Shown: one piece after another, positions 29,030 through 38,370 of the stretch
How the letters are laid out: each line of letters starts with the position of its first letter
How positions within the stretch are numbered: the stretch's first letter is position 1
Origin: a virus
Taxonomy: Duplodnaviria > Caudoviricetes
Length of the DNA: 54,627 bases
IMG/VR virus record: IMGVR_UViG_3300032677_000040
Span: 1-54,627 of that record
Direction: 5' to 3' (one strand)
Made by a program: the position numbers and the translations under genes
Notes under the pieces: model-generated
The model's database searches: none
The model's input: only the letters and a program-made list of their open reading frames with translations
What the model was told of the DNA's origin: nothing

Positions 29030-30175
29030 CTAGAAGTCCTCCGCCCATGTGCAAACGTGATCGTACTGAGCCTTGTTTAGTTGATTGATATGATCAAGGC
29101 CATAGCTTTCTTTGATGTACTGCCGGATATCAGACTCCGGCTTGTTGGCAGTTTTGGCGATGGCAAACAGGCGTGAGACCTGCTTGGCGGTGATCCCCCC
29201 TTGCCTTGGCTCCGCGGTGGCTTCTGGTGCGTTCGGGGTACTGTGGGGTGCTTCGGCCTCTGGCTCGCTGTCCTGGTTCGCCTGTGCCTCAGGGGGAGCC
29301 TGTTTATTGTGCTTGCAGAGTTTGTGGTGTGAGCCAATCTGGCGGCAATCGGCACAAAGTTCCGGGAGAGATTCCTTGGTCGTCTCGGTCTGCTCTTCGG
29401 GTACGGTCACGTCGCTCACCACCGTTCCCTCGATGATCCCCTGAACGTCTTTGATTTCCAACTTCTGTTCGCCCATCTCGGCCTCAGCGTCCAACCGGAA
29501 GGCGGTTGCCAGTTCTACCGATCGTGGTACATACTTTAGAGCCTGCAGTAGGGCTACTTTTCGGGCGTACATCTCAGGATGCTTGTAAGAGTAATGGGCG
29601 TCTCCGACTTTGTTGTTTTTGTTCCGATGCTCCCAAACTTTCTTGACCGGCCAAACCTCGATGATTGGATAATCCGATCCCTTCGTGCGCGCAATGGCGT
29701 AGACGTGGGTAAGCGTCGTTTCCTCGCCGCACGGCCGGTGCGTCACAAACGGCTTATCCCCTAGCGCCCACTCGAACTCATCTCCCGCATAGACGGCTCC
29801 CGTCCATGCCGTTGCTTTGCCGGCGCGGTTTACAAGATCGAGTATCCCAAGCCAACCTGGTACCAGACTGCAAACCATTTGCTTTGTTTTGTGGTCTTTG
29901 TATGGAACCAAGAAAGCCTGCCCCAGTACTCCCGGCTCCAACCCAAGCTGGGAGGCGAGCATAACCGATGCCATGACCGATTGTGCATCGCACTCCGCCA
30001 GTTTGGGATTAGTCCGCAAGCAGGTAATCGCTATGCGGACCATGCGCTCCGGTGTCAAGTGACGGGGAAGTGCCAGGGCGATCTGCGCTTTCATTGAATC
30101 CAGCTTCTCAAAGATCGTTATCGGCTTCTTTTGCAGCCCGGCCTGTTGCTTCAATGCTTCAGTAGCGCTTGCCAT
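29030..30175 (-). CDS. recT: RecT-family single-strand annealing protein with C-terminal extension
   Basis: ALPRHLTPERMVRIA...NPKLAECDAQS...ASQLGLEPG.LGQAFLVPY; EMYARKVAL. Confidence 0.92.
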   Translation of the reverse strand: MASATEALKQQAGLQKKPITIFEKLDSMKAQIALALPRHLTPERMVRIAITCLRTNPKLAECDAQSVMASVMLASQLGLEPGVLGQAFLVPYKDHKTKQMVCSLVPGWLGILDLVNRAGKATAWTGAVYAGDEFEWALGDKPFVTHRPCGEETTLTHVYAIARTKGSDYPIIEVWPVKKVWEHRNKNNKVGDAHYSYKHPEMYARKVALLQALKYVPRSVELATAFRLDAEAEMGEQKLEIKDVQGIIEGTVVSDVTVPEEQTETTKESLPELCADCRQIGSHHKLCKHNKQAPPEAQANQDSEPEAEAPHSTPNAPEATAEPRQGGITAKQVSRLFAIAKTANKPESDIRQYIKESYGLDHINQLNKAQYDHVCTWAEDF

Positions 30176-30183
30176 GATTTCTC

Positions 30184-31080
30184 CTAGGTTCTAAGTGTCC
30201 AGAAGTCAGTTTCTTTAACCGTGTATCCCGAACGGTGCTCGTAGCTCAGGCTCGCCGTGCGCTTGCCGGTTACGTCTTGAATCGTGAATTTTTTCGGCGT
30301 GTCGGTGACCCCTGCAGCCTCGGCCAACACCAGCAATCGGCGCTTGATTTCCAGTTCGTATTCTTTCTTCAATTCCTCGACTTCTTTCGCTGACTCCTTG
30401 ACCATCCGTAACTTGCGAAGTGTTTCCATGACTTCCGGATCGTTCTGCACTGGGAACCCTCCGTATCTGAAAAGAATCTTGTGTGTGTCGCCTGCGGTCT
30501 GCGGCGGCGGCGCTACTCTCTTCTCGACGTGGTTGAGCCAGAAGTCCACAGCTCGCTTCCGCATCTCTGCTATCAGTTCGTCGTCCCGTTTCACCTCGTA
30601 CACGCGGAGATCGTCAGCCCCGATCAGGACAGCCACAAGACAGGATGGACGTCCAGTTACCATCATTCCCCAGTGGAACTGTAGGCAGTAGGAAAGCGGA
30701 ATCTCGTCCGTGCCTTCCTCTCCCCACTCCGACACGGCGAACGGAGAAACCGTCTTTACGTCGCCATTGCAGAGTCCGGCGTCCGATTGGTACTCGAAGT
30801 CAATCTCGGCTGTCATCCACGGATATTCCGAGTCCGTATAGCGTTGGTTGCGTTTGAAGATGAAGATTCCGCGTTCTTCCTCCAGCATCTCCATTACCCA
30901 AGGCTCCAGACGCTTGCCGCGGCGGTACAGTTTATCCCGCTTCGGCTCTACTTCCGGCTGAACAAACTCTAATGCCGTCTTTTCCTCCCAGAGGTCATAC
31001 GCTGATTTCCACTGATTGACCCCGAAGATGGAGCCTATATCGCTGCCGCCGAGTAGATGCCTTCGATCTTCGCTTGCCAT
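30184..31080 (-). CDS. YqaJ-like viral recombinase exonuclease
   Basis: RRHLLGGSDIGSIFGVNQWKSAYDLWEEKT; GKRLEP; DVKT; YCLQFHWGMMVTG; adjacent to recT. Confidence 0.92.
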   Translation of the reverse strand: MASEDRRHLLGGSDIGSIFGVNQWKSAYDLWEEKTALEFVQPEVEPKRDKLYRRGKRLEPWVMEMLEEERGIFIFKRNQRYTDSEYPWMTAEIDFEYQSDAGLCNGDVKTVSPFAVSEWGEEGTDEIPLSYCLQFHWGMMVTGRPSCLVAVLIGADDLRVYEVKRDDELIAEMRKRAVDFWLNHVEKRVAPPPQTAGDTHKILFRYGGFPVQNDPEVMETLRKLRMVKESAKEVEELKKEYELEIKRRLLVLAEAAGVTDTPKKFTIQDVTGKRTASLSYEHRSGYTVKETDFWTLRT

Positions 31081-31143
31081 TCAATCTCCCTAAAACCGTG
31101 CCGACGGGCGGGTGCGCTCAGTACACCCACTTAGATCCCTGTT

Positions 31144-31317
31144 TTATCGGCACGGAACCGTCTCCTGCTCTCTGATTCCCATAGAAACGTTGATTTGGTG
31201 GATCTGACCCTCCATGAAGGCTGCCTGCCAGGTATTCCATTCGGCGGTAGCCGTTGGCCCGTCCAGTCTCATCCCCGGATAGACTCTTTCAAAGTATTCC
31301 TCAAACCGCTTACGCAT
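31144..31317 (-). CDS. Hypothetical protein
   Basis: MRKRFEEYF...WNTWQAA; GAGGG RBS. Confidence 0.55.
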   Translation of the reverse strand: MRKRFEEYFERVYPGMRLDGPTATAEWNTWQAAFMEGQIHQINVSMGIREQETVPCR

Positions 31318-31377
31318 CTGTTTCACCCTCGCCCTGCAAATTTGCACCGCTACAAAGTCGCTCTTGGGTTACTGTGG

Positions 31378-32688
31378 CTAGGTTTCCTGTACGAGAGCCT
31401 TGGCATACTCGTCCGGCGTCATTCCGAACGTCCACGCCACCGCCTGTCGGGACGTCTTCATATCCGGGGGAACCCTAAGCCAATAATTCTTGAATTCTCC
31501 GTCTGGTTCGGGAGTGGAGTTAACCAATTTAATCATGCAAATCGGTTCGTCATCTGCAATCTCCGTCTGGTACAATTCCCCAAACTCATCTTCCGCCAGT
31601 TTTTTGGCGCCCGAATCCATCAGGAATCGCGACAAGCCATAACGTTCGACCATCACGCGTCGAACCTCTGCGTTCCGCTCCTCTTGAATTTCTTTAACCG
31701 TCAATTCGGAAGGGTGCTCGATGACGCGATATGAAACCCGTACGCCGTGCCAAGCATAGATAGCCCAACCGTCTGGATAAGCTACCGCAGGTCCGTCCTC
31801 ACAGTGAAGCCTGTTGCGGTCGTCTTGCTTGCAAACGTTGTGACGCTCAGAAATCCAGCAGGTGTTTTCGTGAGGAAGAAACCAGCCGGCGTTCTTGGTG
31901 ATTAGCGTCAATCCCTCTAGTTTTTCTGTCTGTTCAGTTAGTCCGGTGACTTCGCGGAAGTAGTTATAGAAAGCGATCCATGCGGCATCGTGCTGTCCGT
32001 AACCCGAATCCCAGACCGAAGCCCAGACCGAAGCCCCGACCGAATCCCAGACCGAAGCCCCGACCGAAGCCCCGACCGAATCCCCGACCGAATCCCAGAC
32101 CGAAGCCCCGACCGAAGCCCCGACCGAATCCCTGACCGAATCCCTGACCGAAGCCCAGACCGAATCCCTGACCGAAGCCCAGACCGAATCCCTGACCGAA
32201 GCCCAGACCGAATCACTGACCGAAGCCCTGACCGAATCCCAGACCGAATCCCAGACCGAATCCCAGACCGAATCACTGACCGAAGCCCTGACCGAATCAC
32301 TGACCGAAGCCCAGACCGAATCACTGACCGAAGCCCAGACCGAATCACTGACCGAAGCCCCGACCGAATCCCAGACCGAAGCCCAGACCGAATCCCCGAC
32401 CGAAGCCCCGATTTTTTTGTTTTTGACGAGATCGACAACTATCGCTCGCGTGAAGCCCTGCGCCAGTGGCGACGAGCACCATACGATTCGCGGTTCGTTC
32501 TTGCCGGCGGCCTTGTAGGCCAACCGTATCCCGCGCTCAGCTTCGGCACGATTGGCCGGAGCCGTACTCAGGCCGATGGCGAGCCACTTATCCCGCCATT
32601 CGGCCATCTTTGCGTGCTGTTCTGGAGTGAGCTTCTCAATATTTTTCACGGACCATCCTTTGCGTGCATATTTTGTGGAACCACGCAT
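31378..32688 (-). CDS. DUF6745-domain protein with SVxx tetrapeptide repeats
   Basis: YGQHDAAW, LHCEDGPAVAYPDGWAIYAWHGVRV, NAEVRRVM, VNSTPEPDG...YWLRVPP; start may be later (GTG ~32650). Confidence 0.8.
   Translation of the reverse strand: MRGSTKYARKGWSVKNIEKLTPEQHAKMAEWRDKWLAIGLSTAPANRAEAERGIRLAYKAAGKNEPRIVWCSSPLAQGFTRAIVVDLVKNKKIGASVGDSVWASVWDSVGASVSDSVWASVSDSVWASVSDSVRASVSDSVWDSVWDSVWDSVRASVSDSVWASVRDSVWASVRDSVWASVRDSVRDSVGASVGASVWDSVGDSVGASVGASVWDSVGASVWASVWDSGYGQHDAAWIAFYNYFREVTGLTEQTEKLEGLTLITKNAGWFLPHENTCWISERHNVCKQDDRNRLHCEDGPAVAYPDGWAIYAWHGVRVSYRVIEHPSELTVKEIQEERNAEVRRVMVERYGLSRFLMDSGAKKLAEDEFGELYQTEIADDEPICMIKLVNSTPEPDGEFKNYWLRVPPDMKTSRQAVAWTFGMTPDEYAKALVQET
32003..32410. repeat. 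12-bp tandem coding repeat (CCGAA[T/G]C[C/A]C[A/T/C]GA)
   Basis: Directly visible; encodes SV[W/R/S/G][D/A] on the minus strand. Confidence 0.95.
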
Positions 32689-32741
32689 TACGTAAAACTG
32701 GCCAGCCGCACCAACCGCAAAGCCTGATACGGCTGAACCAT

Positions 32742-33047
32742 CTAGTCGGCAACATTGCGAATCTCTTCTGGGCTATACTCCCGCTGAATCGTAATCTCGT
32801 AATTTCCAGCAGGGAGCATGATCGGCGCGTGTTCATCGTGAACGATACGGACGCCATCTTCGCTGACGCGTAGATACAAGTCCGTGCCCACTTCGAGAAC
32901 TTCGGCCTGATTCAAGTTCTCAACCTTGTGGCAATGTCCAGTTACTTCTCCGAAAGCCAAGATGCCGCTCTCGCGCTTGTTGGCTGTGGTCTGCGGGACA
33001 GCCTTGACCCGCTTGATGAGTACGTCTCCTTGCCGGTAAACCTTCAT
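32742..33047 (-). CDS. Conserved partner of DUF6745 proteins (His-rich beta protein)
   Basis: YRQGDVLI...GEVTGHCH...HDEHAPI.LPAG.YEI.IQREYSP...VAD. Confidence 0.75.
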   Translation of the reverse strand: MKVYRQGDVLIKRVKAVPQTTANKRESGILAFGEVTGHCHKVENLNQAEVLEVGTDLYLRVSEDGVRIVHDEHAPIMLPAGNYEITIQREYSPEEIRNVAD

Positions 33048-33068
33048 TGTGGAACCTCCGTGGATATT

Positions 33069-33200
33069 CTATGCCTTGACAACTGCTCCGCAGGTAGTGC
33101 AGACGCGTTCGAGAGTCTTTAACCGGAAGTAGGTTTGACTGGAGCCACACACTGAGCACTTCGGCTTTGGCAGAACTTCAACTTGTTTTGGTTTTGCCAT
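33069..33200 (-). CDS. Small Zn-ribbon protein (43 aa)
   Basis: Read manually: MAKPKQVEVLPKPKCSVCGSSQTYFRLKTLERVCTTCGAVVKA; first gene after leftward promoter. Confidence 0.7.
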   Translation of the reverse strand: MAKPKQVEVLPKPKCSVCGSSQTYFRLKTLERVCTTCGAVVKA

Positions 33201-33207
33201 GAGCGGG

Positions 33208-33289
33208 AGTATTATCTATTTATTTTTGTTTGTCAAGGGAATTCTGTAATAATTATTTAGTTGACTTGTTTACAGAATAAGTTTACGAT
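33208..33289. promoter_or_regulatory. Divergent sigma70-type promoters
   Basis: Leftward TTGACA(33236-31)-17-AATACT(33213-08); rightward TTGACT(33261-66)-17-TACGAT(33284-89); AT-rich intergenic region. Confidence 0.75.
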
Positions 33290-33294
33290 GCGCC

Positions 33295-33777
33295 GTGACT
33301 TTCACCAAACTTTTCTCTTCAATAACAGCTTCTACCATCTGGTGTGAGGACGATCAAACACGCATCGTGTGGATCACGATGCTGGCGATGGCGAATAAGA
33401 ATGGATTTGTGTTTGCTTCCGTTCCGGGATTGGCTAAGATGGCGGTCGTCCCCGTCGAAGCAACCAGATCAGCTCTCGAGAAGTTTATGCAACCGGATAG
33501 AGATTCCCGCAGCCAGGAGCACGAAGGACGAAGAATAGAAGTCATTGACGGCGGATGGCGTCTGCTCACGTACATGAAGCACCGAGCGATCCGAGACGAA
33601 GAGGAGCGCAGGGAATACCTAAAACTGTATATGCGCGAGTACCGTAAACAAAATTCGTTAACAAATGTAACCAATGTAAACCACGGTAAACCGAAGTTAA
33701 CCCAAGCAGAAGCAGAAGCAGAAGCAGAAGCAGAAGCAGAAGCAAGAGTCAAAAGCAAAAGTCAAAAGCTCCGTTAG
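33295..33777 (+). CDS. Phage replication initiator-like protein (N-terminal domain)
   Basis: FTKLFSSI..STIW...RIVWITMLAMA...GW.L..Y...R...YMREYR followed by QAEAEAE linker; precedes helicase. Confidence 0.65.
   Translation: MTFTKLFSSITASTIWCEDDQTRIVWITMLAMANKNGFVFASVPGLAKMAVVPVEATRSALEKFMQPDRDSRSQEHEGRRIEVIDGGWRLLTYMKHRAIRDEEERREYLKLYMREYRKQNSLTNVTNVNHGKPKLTQAEAEAEAEAEAEARVKSKSQKLR
33655..33745. repeat. Iteron-like GTAA(A/C)C repeats plus (GAAGCA)n tract; candidate origin
   Basis: gttaacaaat gtaaccaat gtaaaccacg gtaaaccgaa gttaac then about 6 GAAGCA units inside the initiator gene. Confidence 0.45.
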
Positions 33778-33835
33778 GAGCAAAAGATTTAAACCCTACT
33801 GGTCATATAGGGTATATACAGGCGGGGGTAGAGCG

Positions 33836-35395
33836 GTGAATCAGTCCCACCTTTTCCAGTCGGATGCCATTGAACCGTCATCCCTCAGGCCATTGCGACC
33901 TAGACAGGCCGAAGCGCTGGACAAGATTCGAGAGGCCGTGCGCGAGGGTCACCGCCGGATAATCGTTCAAGCTCCTTGCGGATATGGCAAGACCCTGACG
34001 GCGGCGCACTTGTGCTTTTCTTCCATGGCAAAGTCACGTCGTCCCCTGTTTACCTGCCCTGCCATCGTGCTGGTCAATCAGACCCTGAAAGCATTCGAGG
34101 ACGAAGGAATTACGGACATTGGCGTCATCCAGGCCGACCATGATCGCACTGACTACTCCTGTCAAATGCAGATTGCCTCAGTGCAAACGCTCATCCGACG
34201 TGAATTGCCAGAGGTTGATTTCATCATCGTTGACGAGGCTCATCTGAGCTGGGAAGCACTTTATAAGCGGCTCGACAGCGAGGAGTGGAAAGATAAGATC
34301 GCCATCGGCCTGACAGCTACCCCGTGGGCTAAGGGCATGGGACTGCACTGGACGAAGCTCATTATCGCGGCGACGATTGATGATTTGATTTCAGACGGGC
34401 ATCTCTCGCCATTCGTGGTCTACGCCCCGTCAAAGGAATTTGAGCCAGACCTGAGGGGCGTCAAGGTGGTAGCGGGAGAGTTTGCCGAAGATGGATTGGC
34501 GGCTGCCGTGGATAAGCCCCCAATCGTGGCCGATATTGTCAAAACGTGGAAGGAAAAGGCGGAAGGACTACCGACTTTCATGTTTGCCGTAAACAGGGCG
34601 CACGCACAACACTTACAGCGGGAGTTCGAAGCTGCCGGCGTAGCTTGTGGGTACATCGACGCCTATACCGACGATTACTGGCGAGCGAAAACATTCAGAC
34701 GATTCCGTTCTGGTGACGACAAGGTAATTTCCTCTGTCGGATGTTTGATTCAAGGGGTTGACGAGGACGTGCGAGCCATTATTGACGCCGCTCCGACGAG
34801 AAGTGAAATCCGACATGTGCAGAAGATTGGCCGTGGTTTACGCACGGCGCCGGGGAAGGGTCGCTGCCTAATCCTGGACCACGCAGGAAACACGATCCGG
34901 CTGGGGATGGTCACTGACATTTACCATGACACCTTAGATTCCAGGACGACGGCAGATCGCGGAGAGGCTTACGAGAACGACAGGAAGCCAGCAAAGCCAA
35001 AGCAGTGCAAAGAGTGTCACATGGTTATTCCTCAAGGGAAACGGGAGTGTCCCGGCTGCGGCAGTCCGGCGCTCCGCAATGACGTGATGACCCTTGACGG
35101 GGAACTAGTGGAGTTCAACGGGCAGAGAAAGAAGCACGAACACAAGGCCAAACGGGAGCCATCGCAGCATGAAAAGCAGTTGTTTTACTCAGGTTTCCTG
35201 TATATAGCCCGCGAACGAGGTTACAGCGAAGGTTGGGCGGCTCATGCGTATCGAGAAAAGTATGGCGTTTGGCCGCGGAACCTGAGTAAGATCGCAACCG
35301 AACCGACGTGGGAAACCAAGCAGTACGATCGCCATCGCAGGATTAAGTGGGCCAAATCGAGAGACAAAAAGCAGGCAGGAAACAGTGCGAGCTGA
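33836..35395 (+). CDS. SF2 DEAD/DEAH-box helicase with C-terminal Zn finger
   Basis: APCGYGKT, DEAH, GLTATP, QKIGRGLR, LILDHAGN, CKEC...CPGCG. Confidence 0.93.
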   Translation: MNQSHLFQSDAIEPSSLRPLRPRQAEALDKIREAVREGHRRIIVQAPCGYGKTLTAAHLCFSSMAKSRRPLFTCPAIVLVNQTLKAFEDEGITDIGVIQADHDRTDYSCQMQIASVQTLIRRELPEVDFIIVDEAHLSWEALYKRLDSEEWKDKIAIGLTATPWAKGMGLHWTKLIIAATIDDLISDGHLSPFVVYAPSKEFEPDLRGVKVVAGEFAEDGLAAAVDKPPIVADIVKTWKEKAEGLPTFMFAVNRAHAQHLQREFEAAGVACGYIDAYTDDYWRAKTFRRFRSGDDKVISSVGCLIQGVDEDVRAIIDAAPTRSEIRHVQKIGRGLRTAPGKGRCLILDHAGNTIRLGMVTDIYHDTLDSRTTADRGEAYENDRKPAKPKQCKECHMVIPQGKRECPGCGSPALRNDVMTLDGELVEFNGQRKKHEHKAKREPSQHEKQLFYSGFLYIARERGYSEGWAAHAYREKYGVWPRNLSKIATEPTWETKQYDRHRRIKWAKSRDKKQAGNSAS

Positions 35396-35413
35396 CGAGT
35401 TTGCGAGGACACA

Positions 35414-35932
35414 GTGACCGCAGAAGAATTTGCTCGGCTTCTCGACGGTCGCAGAGTTGGGCGTGGCAAGTGGATAGCTAGATGTCCAGCACATGCTGAT
35501 TCTCACCCGTCCCTCTCTATAACTACAGGGAGAAAGGTTGACGTTGTTTTCAGATGTATGAGTCAAGGGTGTACGGCTAACGAAATACTAGCAGCGATGG
35601 GCTTACGCTGGCGTGATTTGCTAGGGAGACGCCCACAGATGAGCAGAGAAGCGCGTAGCAGGCTCGCAGACGAGCGGGCATTGCATTCCTTGAGAGACAT
35701 CAGGCGGCTAATGGCGATCGACACCTACCTGTCATTTCCTGAGATGGGCGTCAGTCAGCGTCAGGTCGAAGGGTGGGATGCTATTACGCGCCAGATACGC
35801 GATATCGAGGAGCGGTTAAATCCAAAGCTCAAGGAGATTCGCTTACGGGGTGAAAAGACGTACAGATTCGTCAAAAAGTGGGGATGGGACAAGCTATGGA
35901 ATTTATATCTTGAGAGGAGCAACGCTTTATGA
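35414..35932 (+). CDS. Primase-type Zn-binding domain protein
   Basis: WIARCPAHADSHPSLSI...FRCMSQGC...ILAAMGL; no TOPRIM domain evident. Confidence 0.75.
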   Translation: MTAEEFARLLDGRRVGRGKWIARCPAHADSHPSLSITTGRKVDVVFRCMSQGCTANEILAAMGLRWRDLLGRRPQMSREARSRLADERALHSLRDIRRLMAIDTYLSFPEMGVSQRQVEGWDAITRQIRDIEERLNPKLKEIRLRGEKTYRFVKKWGWDKLWNLYLERSNAL

Positions 35933-36570
35933 GTACGCAGCTAGTACCGTCGGAGTTTTCCACAGGTGCAAATTTGCGCTCCGACGAGGTTCAGGAATTT
36001 GAGGCCATCGACGCCATGGTGCGAGCCTACGAGAAGCAATGGGTTCTGATCGCCCAGCAGTGCATTCGAGTCCAATCCGCGGCGCTCTGGCGGCATGGGG
36101 GGTACCACAGCTACGAGCACTGGCTAAACGAAGCCGCTCCTAAGTCAGCGAGAACGATCTTCTACCACGTTGGGGTGGTCAAGGATCTGGCTCCAGACTT
36201 CACATCGGAAGAACTCGCAGAGATGCCCCCAGAGACCGCGAAGGTCATGCGGAGGCTGTCAACCTCAACCAGACGTGATCCGGCTGTCAGAGAGGCTGGG
36301 AAGCGCAAGAAACGGCAATTTATAGAGACCGTCCAAGAATTGCACCCCGAAGAACACCTTGAATCGACATTTAAGCTCGAATTGCAGTTTGAAGATTCGT
36401 TCTCGGGGATCTTCCGCACTTTTGTAGACGGAATCAGGGCTATCGAGGATGATCCGGAACTGAGCTACGAGAAATGCTTCGAGTTATCGATTCTCTCCTG
36501 GCTGAATGAGTCTTTCTGTGAAAATACGACGAACCTGCAGCGGTTGAAGCAGTTGGAGATGTTAAAGTGA
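35929..36570 (+). CDS. Putative DNA-binding protein (DUF3102/partition-like helical domain)
   Basis: LWRHGGYHSYEHWL...SARTIFY pattern recalled from phage HTH proteins; contains a near-perfect palindrome copy at its 5' end. Confidence 0.45.
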   Translation: MSTQLVPSEFSTGANLRSDEVQEFEAIDAMVRAYEKQWVLIAQQCIRVQSAALWRHGGYHSYEHWLNEAAPKSARTIFYHVGVVKDLAPDFTSEELAEMPPETAKVMRRLSTSTRRDPAVREAGKRKKRQFIETVQELHPEEHLESTFKLELQFEDSFSGIFRTFVDGIRAIEDDPELSYEKCFELSILSWLNESFCENTTNLQRLKQLEMLK

Positions 36571-36863
36571 TCCGTGTCACAAAAGACGGACGCACGATCC
36601 GGACCGCGAAGGACTATACCGCCTTCCGCCATGCTCTCTGGGAAATAAACCATGGGAACTGTTGGAAGTGTGAGCGGCGTACTAACCTGGTAGCGCATCC
36701 GAGCGCAGATAACTCGTTTCACGTTCACCACAAGGGCGGCCGAGGGCTCGGAGGGTCGAAGAGGGATGACACGTTTTTGAAGTGCAGCGGCTTATGTGGC
36801 TTCTGCCATCGTGGTCTTCATAATCAGGGCTGTAGCGGAGTTCCGCAATGGAGCAGAGCATGA
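36567..36863 (+). CDS. HNH endonuclease
   Basis: CWKC...HVHH...RDD...LCGFCHRGLH. Confidence 0.8.
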   Translation: MIRVTKDGRTIRTAKDYTAFRHALWEINHGNCWKCERRTNLVAHPSADNSFHVHHKGGRGLGGSKRDDTFLKCSGLCGFCHRGLHNQGCSGVPQWSRA

Positions 36864-37327
36864 AACTTGAGTTCACAGTTTACGGGGAACCGATTCCGCA
36901 AGGTTCAATGAAAGCCTTCATCCCGAAGGGTTGGACTCGAGCCGTGCTGACCTCGGACAACAAACGCACAAAGCCATGGCGCCAGGAGGTAGCCAGCTCA
37001 GCACTCGAAGTCATGGACAAAGAAAACCTTGAGTGTGCCGGCAAGAACGTGCCATTTCTGCTGGCAGTAGTATTTCGCTTTACGAAGCCCAGGAGCGTTC
37101 GCAAGTCGATTCTCGAGAAAACTACCAAGCCAGACATAGATAAGCTCGTGCGGAGCATCCTAGACGCACTGACGGGCATTCTATTCGTTGACGACTCGCA
37201 AGTTGTGGCTATCTATGCTCGGAAGGAGTTTGGAGCACAGCCCATGGCGAAGATTTCAGCTTGGGAGATTGAGGAATTTCCGGTTGGAAAACCGGTCGTG
37301 CCGGAATGGGTTGAAATACCGTTTTGA
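36860..37327 (+). CDS. rusA: RusA-family Holliday junction resolvase
   Basis: GEPIPQGS...KPDIDKLVRSILDALTGILFVDDSQVV. Confidence 0.92.
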   Translation: MKLEFTVYGEPIPQGSMKAFIPKGWTRAVLTSDNKRTKPWRQEVASSALEVMDKENLECAGKNVPFLLAVVFRFTKPRSVRKSILEKTTKPDIDKLVRSILDALTGILFVDDSQVVAIYARKEFGAQPMAKISAWEIEEFPVGKPVVPEWVEIPF

Positions 37328-37377
37328 AAGGAGGCCGTGAGAAACTAGCTGGAGACAAATCCGACTACTGAAAGTGG

Positions 37378-37412
37378 CGGGCTCCTTGGATAAGGGAGCC
37401 CGTTATTCTTTT
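37378..37412 (+). terminator. Intrinsic terminator between convergent operons
   Basis: CGGGCTCC...GGAGCCCG stem followed by TTATTCTTTT. Confidence 0.75.
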
Positions 37413-37560
37413 GTGATCGAAAAAACCACGACCTTTTCGAATGAACCTGTAACTCTCGTTGATCACTCTGAACGGGCTACCTTGTTCGCAGACGATGGGA
37501 GGTGCGAATTGTTTCCACTTTTCCATTCTGGTCTCCTCAGTGCGGACCCTGATCGAGGGA

Positions 37561-37746
37561 TTACTCCCCCTTGGCCTTGCGGATCGCGGCTCTCATCTGC
37601 GGAATGCAGGCGCATATTCCGTCGCATTTGATAATAGGGTCGTCATCCTCGTGTCCAGTTTCCTTGTGCCAAGACTCGGCCTCGGCACAAATATGCTCCA
37701 GCGCTTCGAGCAGTTCCGGCGCGGCGGCGATCATGGGCTTGGTCAT
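37561..37746 (-). CDS. Hypothetical protein (AAAPELLEAL family)
   Basis: MIAAAPELLEALE...RAAIRKAKGE. Confidence 0.65.
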   Translation of the reverse strand: MTKPMIAAAPELLEALEHICAEAESWHKETGHEDDDPIIKCDGICACIPQMRAAIRKAKGE

Positions 37747-37889
37747 TCCGACTTCTCCGACTGCAAAATCACCGCCTCGAAAATCTTCTCCAGTTGAGCG
37801 CCACGCCCGCAATGCGGACAATCGACCATGAGCACGATTTCTTTGTCGGGCAGCGAATTGAGATATTCGATCGCTTCGCGGACGGTCAT
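37743..37889 (-). CDS. Hypothetical protein
   Basis: MTVREAIEYLNSLP...CPHC; ATGA coupling at both ends. Confidence 0.55.
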   Translation of the reverse strand: MTVREAIEYLNSLPDKEIVLMVDCPHCGRGAQLEKIFEAVILQSEKSE

Positions 37890-38185
37890 CGCGAATGCTC
37901 CGTCAGCAGAACGGCTTTTTCGGCCCAAACTTTGATTTTAAAGAGATCCTCTCCGCGTTTCCATGCAGTCTGGGCGGCGTCTTCTTCTATGGGTTGTTCG
38001 GCGGCAAGTTGTGCGATTGTGCGCATCACCTTCAAGAGCATCGGTGCGGCCGCGATCAGTTGCGCGTCATCTGGAGTTTGATTGCAAATGCAGACCGTAG
38101 TCTGATCGGCGGCATAAACGACGTGGGGATTCGCTACCCCTTGGTGCCAGGGGCCGTCAGTGGGCTTGATACCGGCGAGTTTCAT
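37886..38185 (-). CDS. Hypothetical protein (TxGPW...LIAAAP family)
   Basis: PTDGPW...DAQLIAAAPMLL; GAGGAG RBS. Confidence 0.65.
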   Translation of the reverse strand: MKLAGIKPTDGPWHQGVANPHVVYAADQTTVCICNQTPDDAQLIAAAPMLLKVMRTIAQLAAEQPIEEDAAQTAWKRGEDLFKIKVWAEKAVLLTEHSR

Positions 38186-38370
38186 TACTTCTCCTCTCGT
38201 AGAATGTTGACCAAGTTGGGCAGCGCTTCGCGCTCTGCGATCGCCTCTTGAAGCCATTCGCGGTAAAGGTCGAGATGCACTTGCGCGTCGAGTCCGTGTG
38301 CGAGTTCAACGTACTTCTCGAGCAAGGCGACGATGCGGCGGAGTAGGCTGATTTCTTTATTAAGGCTCAT
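38185..38370 (-). CDS. Hypothetical protein
   Basis: Helical 61 aa ORF coupled to the downstream gene. Confidence 0.5.
   Translation of the reverse strand: MSLNKEISLLRRIVALLEKYVELAHGLDAQVHLDLYREWLQEAIAEREALPNLVNILREEK

Noticed and set aside
32003-32410. Regular 12-bp repeat resembling a CRISPR or iteron array
   Set aside because: No unique spacers; it is in-frame coding sequence inside the DUF6745 gene
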